Source of the DNA: a virus
Reading direction: 5' to 3' (one strand)
DNA: 64,000 nucleotides
Virus record (IMG/VR): IMGVR_UViG_3300037465_000037
Location: 12,840-76,839 of that record
Shown here: one piece after another, positions 9,391 through 17,691 of the stretch
Layout of the letters: each line of letters starts with the position of its first letter
Position numbering within the stretch: position 1 is the first letter of the stretch
The notes under the pieces: model-generated
Seen by the model: only the letters and a program-made list of their open reading frames with translations
Told to the model about the DNA's origin: nothing
The model's database searches: none
Translations under genes and position numbers: made by a program

Positions 9391-9564
9391 TATGTTGGTG
9401 ATGCTTGATCAAGAAAGTAGGAGAATGATATACAATAGCGGACGCTCAAGCGAGTATATATACAGAGAGTTAGAGAACAATGAGAATTGATGAAGAGCAA
9501 AAACAATGATTGTGCGAGCAACGGTCCATGGCAACTCATGCAGGGGTGGACGCACCGTGCCTAC

Positions 9565-9589
9565 GGCCGCCGTCTCGATTCCGGCGGCC
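9565..9589 (+). other. GC-rich hairpin with a T-loop-like loop, followed by ATCTCCA
   Basis: GGCCGCCG-TCTCGATTC-CGGCGGCC is a perfect 8-bp stem in a non-coding gap. Confidence 0.55.
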
Positions 9590-9738
9590 ATCTCCAAGGC
9601 GGGCTGCCGGTAGCTGACCTATGAACATCGTAACGGTGCTGAACCGGCTTTTCTGGGCTTGGAATTGGGTGGCAGGTAAATGCGGGTATAGGGACCAGGC
9701 GCGGAGGCTTTTGGCTCCTCTCTCCCTACCAGAAATAA

Positions 9739-9758
9739 TTTTCTCCTACCAGGGGAAA
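9739..9758 (+). repeat. Dispersed motif, variant copy
   Basis: TTTTCT CCTAC C AGGGG AAA; intergenic; a partial copy TCTCCCTACCAG sits at 9721. Confidence 0.7.
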
Positions 9759-9828
9759 GCCTGGGTTGATGCGAAAGCTTAGTTGTGGTTGTCGAGCTAG
9801 CATGAGCTAATATGAGAGAGTAAGAGTA

Positions 9829-10794
9829 ATGTCGAGCAAGAAGAAGGAAGATGCTGCATCTGGTACGGCCAACCTTCATTGCTGCGCTATTGACATTTGC
9901 ATCTACCATGCTGGATGCATGGATGGGTTAGTCGCAGCATGGTTGATTCGTGTTTTCAATCCAGATGCGCAATTCATTCCGGCGCAGTACGGAGATAAAC
10001 TCCTAGATTGTGTCGATGGGAAGAATGTGATTGTGGTTGACTTCTCATATCCGCGCGCAGTCTGTGAGGAGTTAAAGAGACGCGCCAAGCAAGTGTTGAT
10101 CTTAGATCATCACAAGACTGCTGAGGAAGACCTGCTTGGGTTGGATTATGCGATTTTCAATATCGAAATGAGCGGAGCGCAGCTGGTTGCGCATTGGTTG
10201 AATGGATTTAGTTTGGATGAAGAGAAAGCTAGCAAGTTGAACTATGCTTGCAAGTGGTTGATTGATTACACTGCTGACCGAGACTTGTGGGCTTGGAAGT
10301 TGCCGTATACTAAGTCCATCAACGCTTGCTTGAGGAGTTACGAGTTTAGTTTCCAGGGCTTGAATGCAGCATTGGATGACTTCGCTACCAATGGCATGCA
10401 TATGTTCACTGAGCAGGGTTTAGCTATTATGAGGCAAAATCAGAGATATGTTGATGATCATGTTGTATATGCTAAACGGAATAAGTTCCGCTTGCTGCCA
10501 GATATCATCGAGACGAGAAGAGATACTGTGTATGTAGCTTATGGTGTGAATGCGACGGTATTGCAAAGTGATATCTGCGATGCGATTTTGAAAGTCACAG
10601 ATGCGGATATTGCTTTTACATGGTCAACGAAGTGGAATGGAATGAGCGATGAGTGGTTGTTTAGCTTGAGGAGTCGCAAGGGCAGTGATGTTGATGTGAG
10701 TGTGATTGCCAGAAAGTTCGGCGGTGGTGGGCATAAGCATGCGGCGGGGTTCAAGAATATCGGCATGCCTGTGAGCTTCGTGGGGGTATATTAA
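9829..10794 (+). CDS. DHH/DHHA1-family phosphoesterase (NrnA-like)
   Basis: YHAGCMDG, VVDFS, ILDHHKT, DRDLW, SLRS and GGGGHKHAAGF motifs. Confidence 0.9.
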   Translation: MSSKKKEDAASGTANLHCCAIDICIYHAGCMDGLVAAWLIRVFNPDAQFIPAQYGDKLLDCVDGKNVIVVDFSYPRAVCEELKRRAKQVLILDHHKTAEEDLLGLDYAIFNIEMSGAQLVAHWLNGFSLDEEKASKLNYACKWLIDYTADRDLWAWKLPYTKSINACLRSYEFSFQGLNAALDDFATNGMHMFTEQGLAIMRQNQRYVDDHVVYAKRNKFRLLPDIIETRRDTVYVAYGVNATVLQSDICDAILKVTDADIAFTWSTKWNGMSDEWLFSLRSRKGSDVDVSVIARKFGGGGHKHAAGFKNIGMPVSFVGVY

Positions 10795-10797
10795 GTC

Positions 10798-11349
10798 ATG
10801 ACTCACTTTAACATCGTGGATTATAAAGTTGACTGGAAGAACACATCCATCTACGTCGATGGTGGCGTCATTGGGCGCAACCCGTCTAAACTCGGCGGGA
10901 CATGGGCTTATGTTGTTGTTGACAACCAAACGGACAGCATTATCCAATCCGATAGCGGGGTTGTCTTACCAGAGCATTTCAGCATCGTGCCGCGTATTGA
11001 GATTACGAATAACATTTCTGAGTATTACGCAATGATGAAAGGATTGCTAGCCGTGCCTACTGGTTATAACGGGACTATCTATAGCGATTCAGGTGTGACG
11101 ATTGGGCGGTTCTTCAACGGGTGGAAAAACACGAACGTACCGAATAGTCTGGTAGCGACAGGGCTGAGCCTAGCGAAGACGTTAGGCGAGAATGTGAAGG
11201 CTGTGCTATTAGACGGCCATCCGACCAAAGCGCAACTTGCCGCCGGTGTTGGTAAGCGCGGGCATCCGGTCAGCAAGTGGAATGTGTATGTCGATGCAAA
11301 GTGCAGCGAGGAAGCCAAGAAGTTCTTGAGTGGGCATAAGAAAGCATAA
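10798..11349 (+). CDS. rnhA: Ribonuclease HI-like protein
   Basis: YVDGG, TNNISEY, IYSDS and WNVYVD supply the D-E-D-D catalytic set in RNase H order. Confidence 0.8.
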   Translation: MTHFNIVDYKVDWKNTSIYVDGGVIGRNPSKLGGTWAYVVVDNQTDSIIQSDSGVVLPEHFSIVPRIEITNNISEYYAMMKGLLAVPTGYNGTIYSDSGVTIGRFFNGWKNTNVPNSLVATGLSLAKTLGENVKAVLLDGHPTKAQLAAGVGKRGHPVSKWNVYVDAKCSEEAKKFLSGHKKA

Positions 11350-11362
11350 GAAGTATTGAGGC

Positions 11363-11680
11363 ATGCTGTCAATGAATATGGTTGGTAAGCATGAATGGAA
11401 TGATGTAATACAAACGTGCGTTATCTGTGGTGTAAGCAAGCGGGATTACTTACTGTATAAGGTTGACGGAATTTGCAGACCTGTCGCTGGATGTATTAAA
11501 TGTACTAAGGTGGACGAACTAGTAAGTAACGAGAGTTTAGCTGTTTTCGTCCCCCTCTCTCCTCCCCAGTCAATTTTCCCTTACCGGGAGAAGGCCGAGG
11601 TTGATTGTTCGAAGTGCTTTCATTGTAATGGCGACGGGTGCACGAAGTGTGATCTAACTGGCATGGCGTTACATGACTGA
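11363..11680 (+). CDS. Cys-rich hypothetical protein
   Basis: Several CxxC pairs; overlaps the next start. Confidence 0.5.
   Translation: MLSMNMVGKHEWNDVIQTCVICGVSKRDYLLYKVDGICRPVAGCIKCTKVDELVSNESLAVFVPLSPPQSIFPYREKAEVDCSKCFHCNGDGCTKCDLTGMALHD
11574..11593 (+). repeat. Dispersed motif, variant copy
   Basis: TTTTCC CTTAC C GGGAG AAG, inside a CDS. Confidence 0.6.
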
Positions 11681-12062
11681 ATATAAGATTAACACTGGTT
11701 ATGCTAACTTAGTGAATGATGCGACATTTCGCGCACTATGCGACAGAGTTATCGAGCTAACAGGGATGCAAGTAACGATTGAGCAAATTGCAGCGAGACT
11801 GGTGCGTCCATTGGGGGCTCAAGATTATAAGTGCTATTGGAATCGTTTGGATGAAAGGTTGCGCACTAAATATGATAATGTAAATGGGAAACAGATTGGT
11901 TGGATTGTTCGTACGGCTTGCAACGATAAACGTAAGAATTCAATTGTATATATTGGGCATACTGTTTACAAATACCGGGCTCCTCATTACACTGTTTGCA
12001 CTCCTTCGAGAGTGACGTGCACTTTATGCATTGATTGGTTGAATAAGAATAAAACGGAGTAG
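11673..12062 (+). CDS. Hypothetical protein
   Basis: 129-aa ORF overlapping the upstream stop. Confidence 0.5.
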   Translation: MTEYKINTGYANLVNDATFRALCDRVIELTGMQVTIEQIAARLVRPLGAQDYKCYWNRLDERLRTKYDNVNGKQIGWIVRTACNDKRKNSIVYIGHTVYKYRAPHYTVCTPSRVTCTLCIDWLNKNKTE

Positions 12063-12090
12063 AGCCATGCTTGCTTAATCATCACACTGA

Positions 12091-12366
12091 TTGAATATAC
12101 ATATGCATAGTTTTCCACCAATATCAAAGATATACGCACCTTGGTCGCAGGCCCAGGTGCATCAACTCAATATCTTCCAATCTAAAGACCACCATCATCC
12201 GTTTACCTGCCCTCATGAGCATTGGTTATTGTTAGCTCATCCTGATGGATGGCGATGCCCACCAGAAGGAACATTGAATGACGCAGGCAAGCATCACCCG
12301 GCGCACGATGCGCGTCTTGTGCAGACTTGGGCGTGGAGTTTCATGTTTACGCACGAGTCATACTAG
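12091..12366 (+). CDS. Hypothetical phage protein
   Basis: APWSQAQVHQLNIFQ...HPFTC...GWRCP...QTWAW pattern typical of small phage proteins. Confidence 0.55.
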   Translation: MNIHMHSFPPISKIYAPWSQAQVHQLNIFQSKDHHHPFTCPHEHWLLLAHPDGWRCPPEGTLNDAGKHHPAHDARLVQTWAWSFMFTHESY

Positions 12367-12551
12367 GCTGACTTGCTCTCAATATCTTGCCTCTACTAGA
12401 CTTACGTTGATCTTGTTTTTCTGCTTGACTTCTTCGGTCTTCCACCGTAGACTCTGCGCGTTTTCTATGAGCGTCAGCCTGGGGACGAAGTAACTGCTGC
12501 TGCGCACAGCATCTACTTCAATAACGGTTGCGCTACCAATGAGGGAGGCGC

Positions 12552-13457
12552 ATGCGTACGAATTGCCCGAAGCCACAGAAGATCCACAATTGCTATTTGC
12601 GAGAGGTTCTATCTTATGAGTCTCTCGACTATGATTACGAGGCTAAATTACTACGCCTCGTAGCGCAAGGCGATCAAGCAGCCCGAGACATACTCATTAA
12701 GGCAAATTTGAAGTTCGTCGTGTTTATTGCTAAGGCTTACGCTAAGATTGATACAGCGCAATACTACGATTTGGTTAGCGAAGGCAACATTGGTTTGATG
12801 TTCGCTGTTGACAATTTCGATCCTGCCAAGGGGTATTTTCGTATCTATTTGAAGCGCGTGATTATCAGTAAGATGCTGCGGTTCATCTCAAGTTCAAAAG
12901 AGGTACGCATACCTGTGTATATCCCTGAGTGGATCTTGCCGGCATGGATTCGAGAAAAGACGAGGATGGAAACGCAGTTTGGAAGGATGGTGACTGATGA
13001 GGAAGTATCTGATTCGCTGAAGCTTAGCGAGAACGTTCGGAATGGGATCAAATTCTTGAGGGGACAGCATGTGCCAATGGACCCGATGCTAAAGATTAGC
13101 AGGCCCGATCAGGATCCGGTCGAGGAGTTGGCAATAAATGAGCTGCTGGAAATAGCGTATGCTGAATTGAGGAAGATGGATGAAAAGACTAAGACGATTA
13201 TGAGGAAAAGATACGGGTTCGTTGGTATGAAGCCAAAGACGAAACGCGAGATTGGTGAGGAGATGAACATTAGCAAACAACGAGTGCATCAACTTGAGCA
13301 AGAAGCATTGCGAAGGTTGTCGAAAGTCTTGTTTGGCATGAGCAGGAATGGCGCGAATGGTAAGCATAAGAAGAATGTGAATGGCAATGGCAATAATGAC
13401 AATCATCATAACGCTATCACTAGGAAGATTGTACGAACTTTAATGGTTGGAGAATGA
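12552..13457 (+). CDS. RNA polymerase sigma-70 family factor
   Basis: Region 1.2 YLREV, region 2 LIKANLKFVVFIAKAY...DLVSEGNIGLMFAVDNFDP, region 3 EVRIP, region 4 TKREIGEEMNISKQRVHQLEQEALRRL; GGGAGG RBS. Confidence 0.92.
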   Translation: MRTNCPKPQKIHNCYLREVLSYESLDYDYEAKLLRLVAQGDQAARDILIKANLKFVVFIAKAYAKIDTAQYYDLVSEGNIGLMFAVDNFDPAKGYFRIYLKRVIISKMLRFISSSKEVRIPVYIPEWILPAWIREKTRMETQFGRMVTDEEVSDSLKLSENVRNGIKFLRGQHVPMDPMLKISRPDQDPVEELAINELLEIAYAELRKMDEKTKTIMRKRYGFVGMKPKTKREIGEEMNISKQRVHQLEQEALRRLSKVLFGMSRNGANGKHKKNVNGNGNNDNHHNAITRKIVRTLMVGE

Positions 13458-13819
13458 ATTTGCAATGTGTGAAGTCGCGCAAGCGCGGATGTCAGGCCGG
13501 TAAGTTAGATGTCAAGCTTGCGAAGATTGCGGAACAGCAGATGCATGCTCAGCGACTTGAGGTTTGCTTGGTCAACGCACCTGATCAAAAGTTTAATGGT
13601 CATAAGATTCGTGTAGTCAGTGAACGTAATCCTGAGTGGTACAGAATTCTTGTTAGGCGTCGTCCGCGCACTCATTCGATTAGGCAGTATGTATTAAAAG
13701 CATTGCGTCGTGTGCAGAGTGGGTATATTGGACCTCATCCGTGGTGCATGGATTTAGAGATAGTTGAAGTATTGCGCGAATACGAGGAAGAGCTTTTTGA
13801 TTTCTCAGGTAGATTATAG
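13454..13819 (+). CDS. Hypothetical protein
   Basis: ATGA-type overlap with the sigma gene stop. Confidence 0.5.
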   Translation: MNLQCVKSRKRGCQAGKLDVKLAKIAEQQMHAQRLEVCLVNAPDQKFNGHKIRVVSERNPEWYRILVRRRPRTHSIRQYVLKALRRVQSGYIGPHPWCMDLEIVEVLREYEEELFDFSGRL

Positions 13820-14046
13820 TGAGCAAGTTATTGACCTGCATCTCATGTAACGGAGTGCGGCAAATGTGTTGCGGTGGCCGGAAGACCGACAAGCCTGCCA
13901 TTACGAAAGAGTTGAAAGAGCAATTGGTGACGAGTTGCGTGAAGTGTGCGAGTAAGGTGCGGTTTCGTCGGGCGCGTGGGGCAAATGGGAATCAGTATTT
14001 AGCTTACTGCACGAAGTGTGGCTGGACTGAGTGGGAAAAGAAATGA
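13819..14046 (+). CDS. Small zinc-ribbon-like protein
   Basis: CISC, CVKC and CTKC pairs. Confidence 0.5.
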   Translation: MSKLLTCISCNGVRQMCCGGRKTDKPAITKELKEQLVTSCVKCASKVRFRRARGANGNQYLAYCTKCGWTEWEKK

Positions 14047-14393
14047 GAACGATTTTCGTATTTGGTTCCAATACCGAAGGAAGGCATGGTGCTGGCGCTG
14101 CTTTGCACGCTCGTCAAAATAATGGAGCAGTCTACGGCCAGGCGAGAGGCTTACAAGGTGATTCGTGGGGCATTGTAACAAAAGACCTTGGAAGTGGCAA
14201 GAGGTCTGTAACACTTAATGATATAAAGACTCAGGTTGATGAATTGATAACATACGCAAACCAACATCCTGATGTAGTGTTTGAGGTAACAAGAATTGGT
14301 TGCGGGTTAGCCGGTTATATGGACCATGAGATTGCGCCGATGTTTGTTTCTGCTCCTGGGAACATGCGGCTTCCTTCTGGATGGCGAAAATGA
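14043..14393 (+). CDS. Macrodomain-like phage protein (A1S_2505-type)
   Basis: IFVFGSNTEGRHGAGAA and TRIGCGLAG correspond to the two Gly-rich macrodomain loops; ATGA overlap. Confidence 0.75.
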   Translation: MRTIFVFGSNTEGRHGAGAALHARQNNGAVYGQARGLQGDSWGIVTKDLGSGKRSVTLNDIKTQVDELITYANQHPDVVFEVTRIGCGLAGYMDHEIAPMFVSAPGNMRLPSGWRK

Positions 14394-14650
14394 AGCACCG
14401 TGCATACCATGCCACTACGATTGCATGTGCTAAAGAAATTCTTACGTCAGGTGTATTCAAGAAAGGGACTTACTTCGCGTTTAAGATTGAGGATGCACTC
14501 AAGTTTGCTGGACCTGTGATTTTTGTAGCTGAATTTGATGATGCCGGATTCCAGAATTGCGATCATGATAATGATTGGCAGTTTTGGCTCCGTGATGACT
14601 TTAGATTAGAAGAGCTTTGTTGCTCGTGGCATTGGAGGGGTGTGATATGA
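14390..14650 (+). CDS. Minimal ADP-ribosyltransferase-fold (H-Y clade)-like protein
   Basis: YHAT...AKEILTSGVF..GTYFA....DALKFAG matches the YHGT...G-F...YFA...A..Y/F pattern; ATGA overlap with the macrodomain-like gene. Confidence 0.5.
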   Translation: MKHRAYHATTIACAKEILTSGVFKKGTYFAFKIEDALKFAGPVIFVAEFDDAGFQNCDHDNDWQFWLRDDFRLEELCCSWHWRGVI

Positions 14651-14966
14651 TTGAGGCTCCGCGCTTAGTTAGCCCGAAGAAGACTAAGTGCGATAGATGT
14701 AATGCAAGGGGCATTACCAGCAGTATTTTCTTTCATTAGAGAAACGGCTTGGCGTTCCAGATCCACACCCAGATTGCAAGCGATGCGGAGTTCTTGCAGT
14801 AGCGATTGAAGACCTACAATACATGAAGTATAAGTACAAGCTCATGCTTCGATTATTGCTCAATGATGATGGGCATACTCCATGCGATGAGCTTGAGCTT
14901 CTGCGTAGGCTTGTAACACTCGAAGAGCGGAATAACCACTTGGTAGGAGAGATTCGAGATACATAG
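14647..14966 (+). pseudogene. Apparently frameshifted small Cys-rich gene
   Basis: ATG 14647 reads MIEAPR...KCDRC. A different frame that opens at 14703, right after TAA, continues CKGHYQQY...CKRC...EIRDT to TAG 14966. Confidence 0.35.
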
Positions 14967-15038
14967 CTGCGATTGCTGTAAGCATATCACTGAAGAGATT
15001 CCAGGTACTCATCCAGTTGAAGCGCGAATGTTCAATCC

Positions 15039-15425
15039 ATGAGCGAACCAACTTTCTCGCTCTTCGCCCAGCATAGTCTTTCCTTACTGGGGATAGCCGT
15101 AGGTTCGGCGCTCGCTACGGAGGCTCTCACCGAGCTAATTGTTGAATCCAAATTCTTCTTTCCATTGAGATACATCACATCATCTATCCCGATCATCTCA
15201 TACCTCCTCTCCTGTGGCTACTGCGTTTCAGTCTGGGTTGCAGCATTCTTCACCTACTTCGTTCTCATGAAATGCACATCATTCACATTCGTCTGCTCGT
15301 ATGTGTCATCCACCCAAGTACATCCACTTTTGTGCTTTCTTGTCGTAACTCTTGGCATTCACCGTACTTCCAACGCTCTTCATGCTCTACTTCAGCGGTT
15401 GTTCTGGCCTTCGCTCGATTCCTAG
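15039..15425 (+). CDS. DUF1360-like membrane protein
   Basis: Hydrophobic segments with the LLSCGYCVSVWVAA motif. Confidence 0.65.
   Translation: MSEPTFSLFAQHSLSLLGIAVGSALATEALTELIVESKFFFPLRYITSSIPIISYLLSCGYCVSVWVAAFFTYFVLMKCTSFTFVCSYVSSTQVHPLLCFLVVTLGIHRTSNALHALLQRLFWPSLDS
15077..15096 (+). repeat. Dispersed motif, variant copy
   Basis: TCTTTC CTTAC T GGGGA TAG, inside a CDS. Confidence 0.5.
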
Positions 15426-15557
15426 ATTTTTCTCCTGAACCACTTGACGAACTTGAGTGTCCTGGTGTAAGATCTTGGCAGAACGGTCAACTTAGCTGTA
15501 TCACTGGCCTGAAGATGATACAGCTTGAAACTCTAGAAACCTTGAAAGGGGCAGAAG

Positions 15558-16247
15558 ATGGGCGTGGCTGAGATCGAGGCACGGGCGAAGGAGAAGCTGG
15601 CTTCCATCGCTGAGGAGCGCGCTGCGCTTGAGGCGAAGCTGGAGGCATGCGACCACAAGGAGGGGCTCATCCGTGAGCTTCTCGGGCTCCAGGGTGAGGA
15701 GGGGCCGAAGCCTGCGAAGCGTGGTCGCAAGGCCAAGGAGTCCACCGGCGGTGCGAAGCGTGGTCGCAAGGGCAAGGGTGGAGGGCTGTCGGTTCGCCAG
15801 CGCATCCTCCATGTGCTCAACAAGGCGACTGCGCCGATGGCTGCTGGCGCGATTTACGAAGCTCTTGAGGCTGAGGGTGGTGGCACGTCCAAGGCGACGG
15901 TGTACACCACGCTCAACGGCATCAAGAAGGACTCGCTGGTGGACTCGCATGAGCACGAGGGGCGTGGCGATGCCTATGCGCTGAATGACGCTGGGCGTGC
16001 TGCGCTCCAGGCTGAGCCTGCCGAGGCTGAGGATGAGGCTGGCTCGACTGAGGCTGGCGATGCTCCCGCTGAGGGCACTGCTGCGTCTGCTGATGCGAGT
16101 GCGAGTGCGGCCGGCGAGGCTGGCAACGGCAACGACGAGCCCAAGGGGAAGCGTGGCCGCAAGGCGAAGGCGAAGGACGGAGAGGCGGGTTCGCCTGAGC
16201 CCGAGCCGGTTGGGGCAGTCGCCGGGCCGGACAACTCGCCCTTCTAG
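15558..16247 (+). CDS. Nucleoid-like DNA-binding protein (coiled coil + KRGRK repeats + winged helix + acidic tail)
   Basis: N-terminal heptads; KRGRK three times; LSVRQRILHVL...AGAIYEAL...SKATVYTTLNGIKKDSLV is winged-helix-like; strongly GC3-rich codons. Confidence 0.65.
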   Translation: MGVAEIEARAKEKLASIAEERAALEAKLEACDHKEGLIRELLGLQGEEGPKPAKRGRKAKESTGGAKRGRKGKGGGLSVRQRILHVLNKATAPMAAGAIYEALEAEGGGTSKATVYTTLNGIKKDSLVDSHEHEGRGDAYALNDAGRAALQAEPAEAEDEAGSTEAGDAPAEGTAASADASASAAGEAGNGNDEPKGKRGRKAKAKDGEAGSPEPEPVGAVAGPDNSPF

Positions 16248-16263
16248 TGGCCTGACTTCCTTG

Positions 16264-16300
16264 GAGAGCCGGTCATTCTAGTAATGGCCGGCTCTCTTTC
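16264..16300 (+). terminator. Intrinsic terminator
   Basis: 14-bp stem GAGAGCCGGTCATT / AATGGCCGGCTCTC (one G-U pair) followed by TTTC. Confidence 0.75.
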
Positions 16301-16328
16301 TATCTAACCAAGGGGCGAAGATACACCA

Positions 16329-17144
16329 ATGGCGAAGCCAGCTTTTGTGCTCTGCATCCCGACGCTCGGCGTCAAGGGTTTGATCTTCCGGTTGCTGAAT
16401 TCTATCGACACTCATTACAATTACAGGCTAGTAGTTAATGATTCTGTTTCGATGTCGGTTGCTGAGAAGTGGAACGAAGGGCTCAACTTAGCGAAGCAGT
16501 TATCTATTCCGGCAGTCTTTTTGAATGATGACATTATTCCTTGGCCTGGGACAATTGATGAAGCTATGCTTGCTGTCAATTCTTACCCTGATGCTGATAT
16601 TCTTACTGGTGTGACAACTAAGAATTTGCCTGCGAATGACCAAGAGCCTGATGTATTTTTGAGAGGAGGGTTCAGTTTCTTCGCTGTGCGACCAGAAACC
16701 ATCAAGAAGATGGCAGACTGGGAGTGCCAGCATTGGCAGGATTTTGATTTTGAGCGACGGTGGCCTGGCTACATTCCTGGATTCTTTGATGTCAACTTCC
16801 GCCCTGCGTACTATGAAGATTCTGACTGGTACTGGCGTTCGAAGCTCGCTGGGTTGAAGGAATATGTGAGTGAGACGTGCCCTTATTATCACGAGATGGT
16901 AGTCAAGATCGCCAGCAAGCAGGGTAAGGTTGTGGTTGGTTGTACTACCAACCTCTCCGACGCTGGCCGAGCGCGCAAGCATGAAGATATTCTGCGGCGT
17001 AATTCTTATCGCTTCATGGAAAAGTGGGGCGGCCCTCCGCACGAAGAAAAGTTCAAGGTTCCCTGGAATATGGATGCCAGCGCAGCAGGTGCAGGTGCAG
17101 GTGTAGGTGTAGCCAATGCTTCCGCTGCCGACACTCAATCGTAA
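16329..17144 (+). CDS. Glycosyltransferase family 2-like (GT-A)
   Basis: FLNDDII DxD motif and FFDVNFRPAYYEDSDWYWR acceptor-side motif. Confidence 0.8.
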   Translation: MAKPAFVLCIPTLGVKGLIFRLLNSIDTHYNYRLVVNDSVSMSVAEKWNEGLNLAKQLSIPAVFLNDDIIPWPGTIDEAMLAVNSYPDADILTGVTTKNLPANDQEPDVFLRGGFSFFAVRPETIKKMADWECQHWQDFDFERRWPGYIPGFFDVNFRPAYYEDSDWYWRSKLAGLKEYVSETCPYYHEMVVKIASKQGKVVVGCTTNLSDAGRARKHEDILRRNSYRFMEKWGGPPHEEKFKVPWNMDASAAGAGAGVGVANASAADTQS

Positions 17145-17691
17145 CTATCTCATCCATCTTGATGAGGAAGAGTTTGGTCGTCGGTCGGTAAACGTTCCGA
17201 GCACCAAACTCGATTTCATTGCTGAGTGGGTCCGGCTACTCTTCCGCTTAGATAACATTGCCCGCGACCCTGATGCTAACCATTCTGTTCGCGCGCGTGT
17301 CTTGCGCGAAATTGGTATTTGCATGAAGGAAATTCAAACCTTGATGGAGCAGCATTCAAAGGAAGAGAATAAGGAAGAAGCTATTAGTATTGAGGAGATG
17401 GTGCAGAAGAGCCCGGACAAAGCTCGTGAGTTGATTATGAGTCACATGAGTGAGTTGAATAGGTTGTTGTGCATGATTGAGTTGAATGGGAATGAAGATA
17501 CCAAGAATGGTGATGGTGATGGATCTAATGGTGAGTCTGTTGCTACTGCGAATGCATTGATTAAGCGATCTGCGCCTAAGCCGGTTTTGCGTCAGCATGA
17601 AGTTGATGAGCCCGAGGATGATGATGAGTCCGAATCTGATGATGATGATTCCTCCGAGTCCAATGCATCGCTCAATGCAGATGAATGGTAG
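17116..17691 (+). CDS. Hypothetical protein, terminase small subunit candidate
   Basis: Helical protein with an acidic tail, overlapping the terL start; the call is positional only. Confidence 0.35.
   Translation: MLPLPTLNRNYLIHLDEEEFGRRSVNVPSTKLDFIAEWVRLLFRLDNIARDPDANHSVRARVLREIGICMKEIQTLMEQHSKEENKEEAISIEEMVQKSPDKARELIMSHMSELNRLLCMIELNGNEDTKNGDGDGSNGESVATANALIKRSAPKPVLRQHEVDEPEDDDESESDDDDSSESNASLNADEW

Noticed and set aside
9543-9596. Complete tRNA or tmRNA gene
   Set aside because: About 54 nt only, with no D or anticodon arm, no terminal CCA after the discriminator and no matching tmRNA 5' end nearby; kept only as a resemblance.
9636-9656. RNase P RNA (GAACCGGCTT resembles its 3' motif)
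   Set aside because: The conserved 5' GAGGAAAGUCC element is not present upstream.
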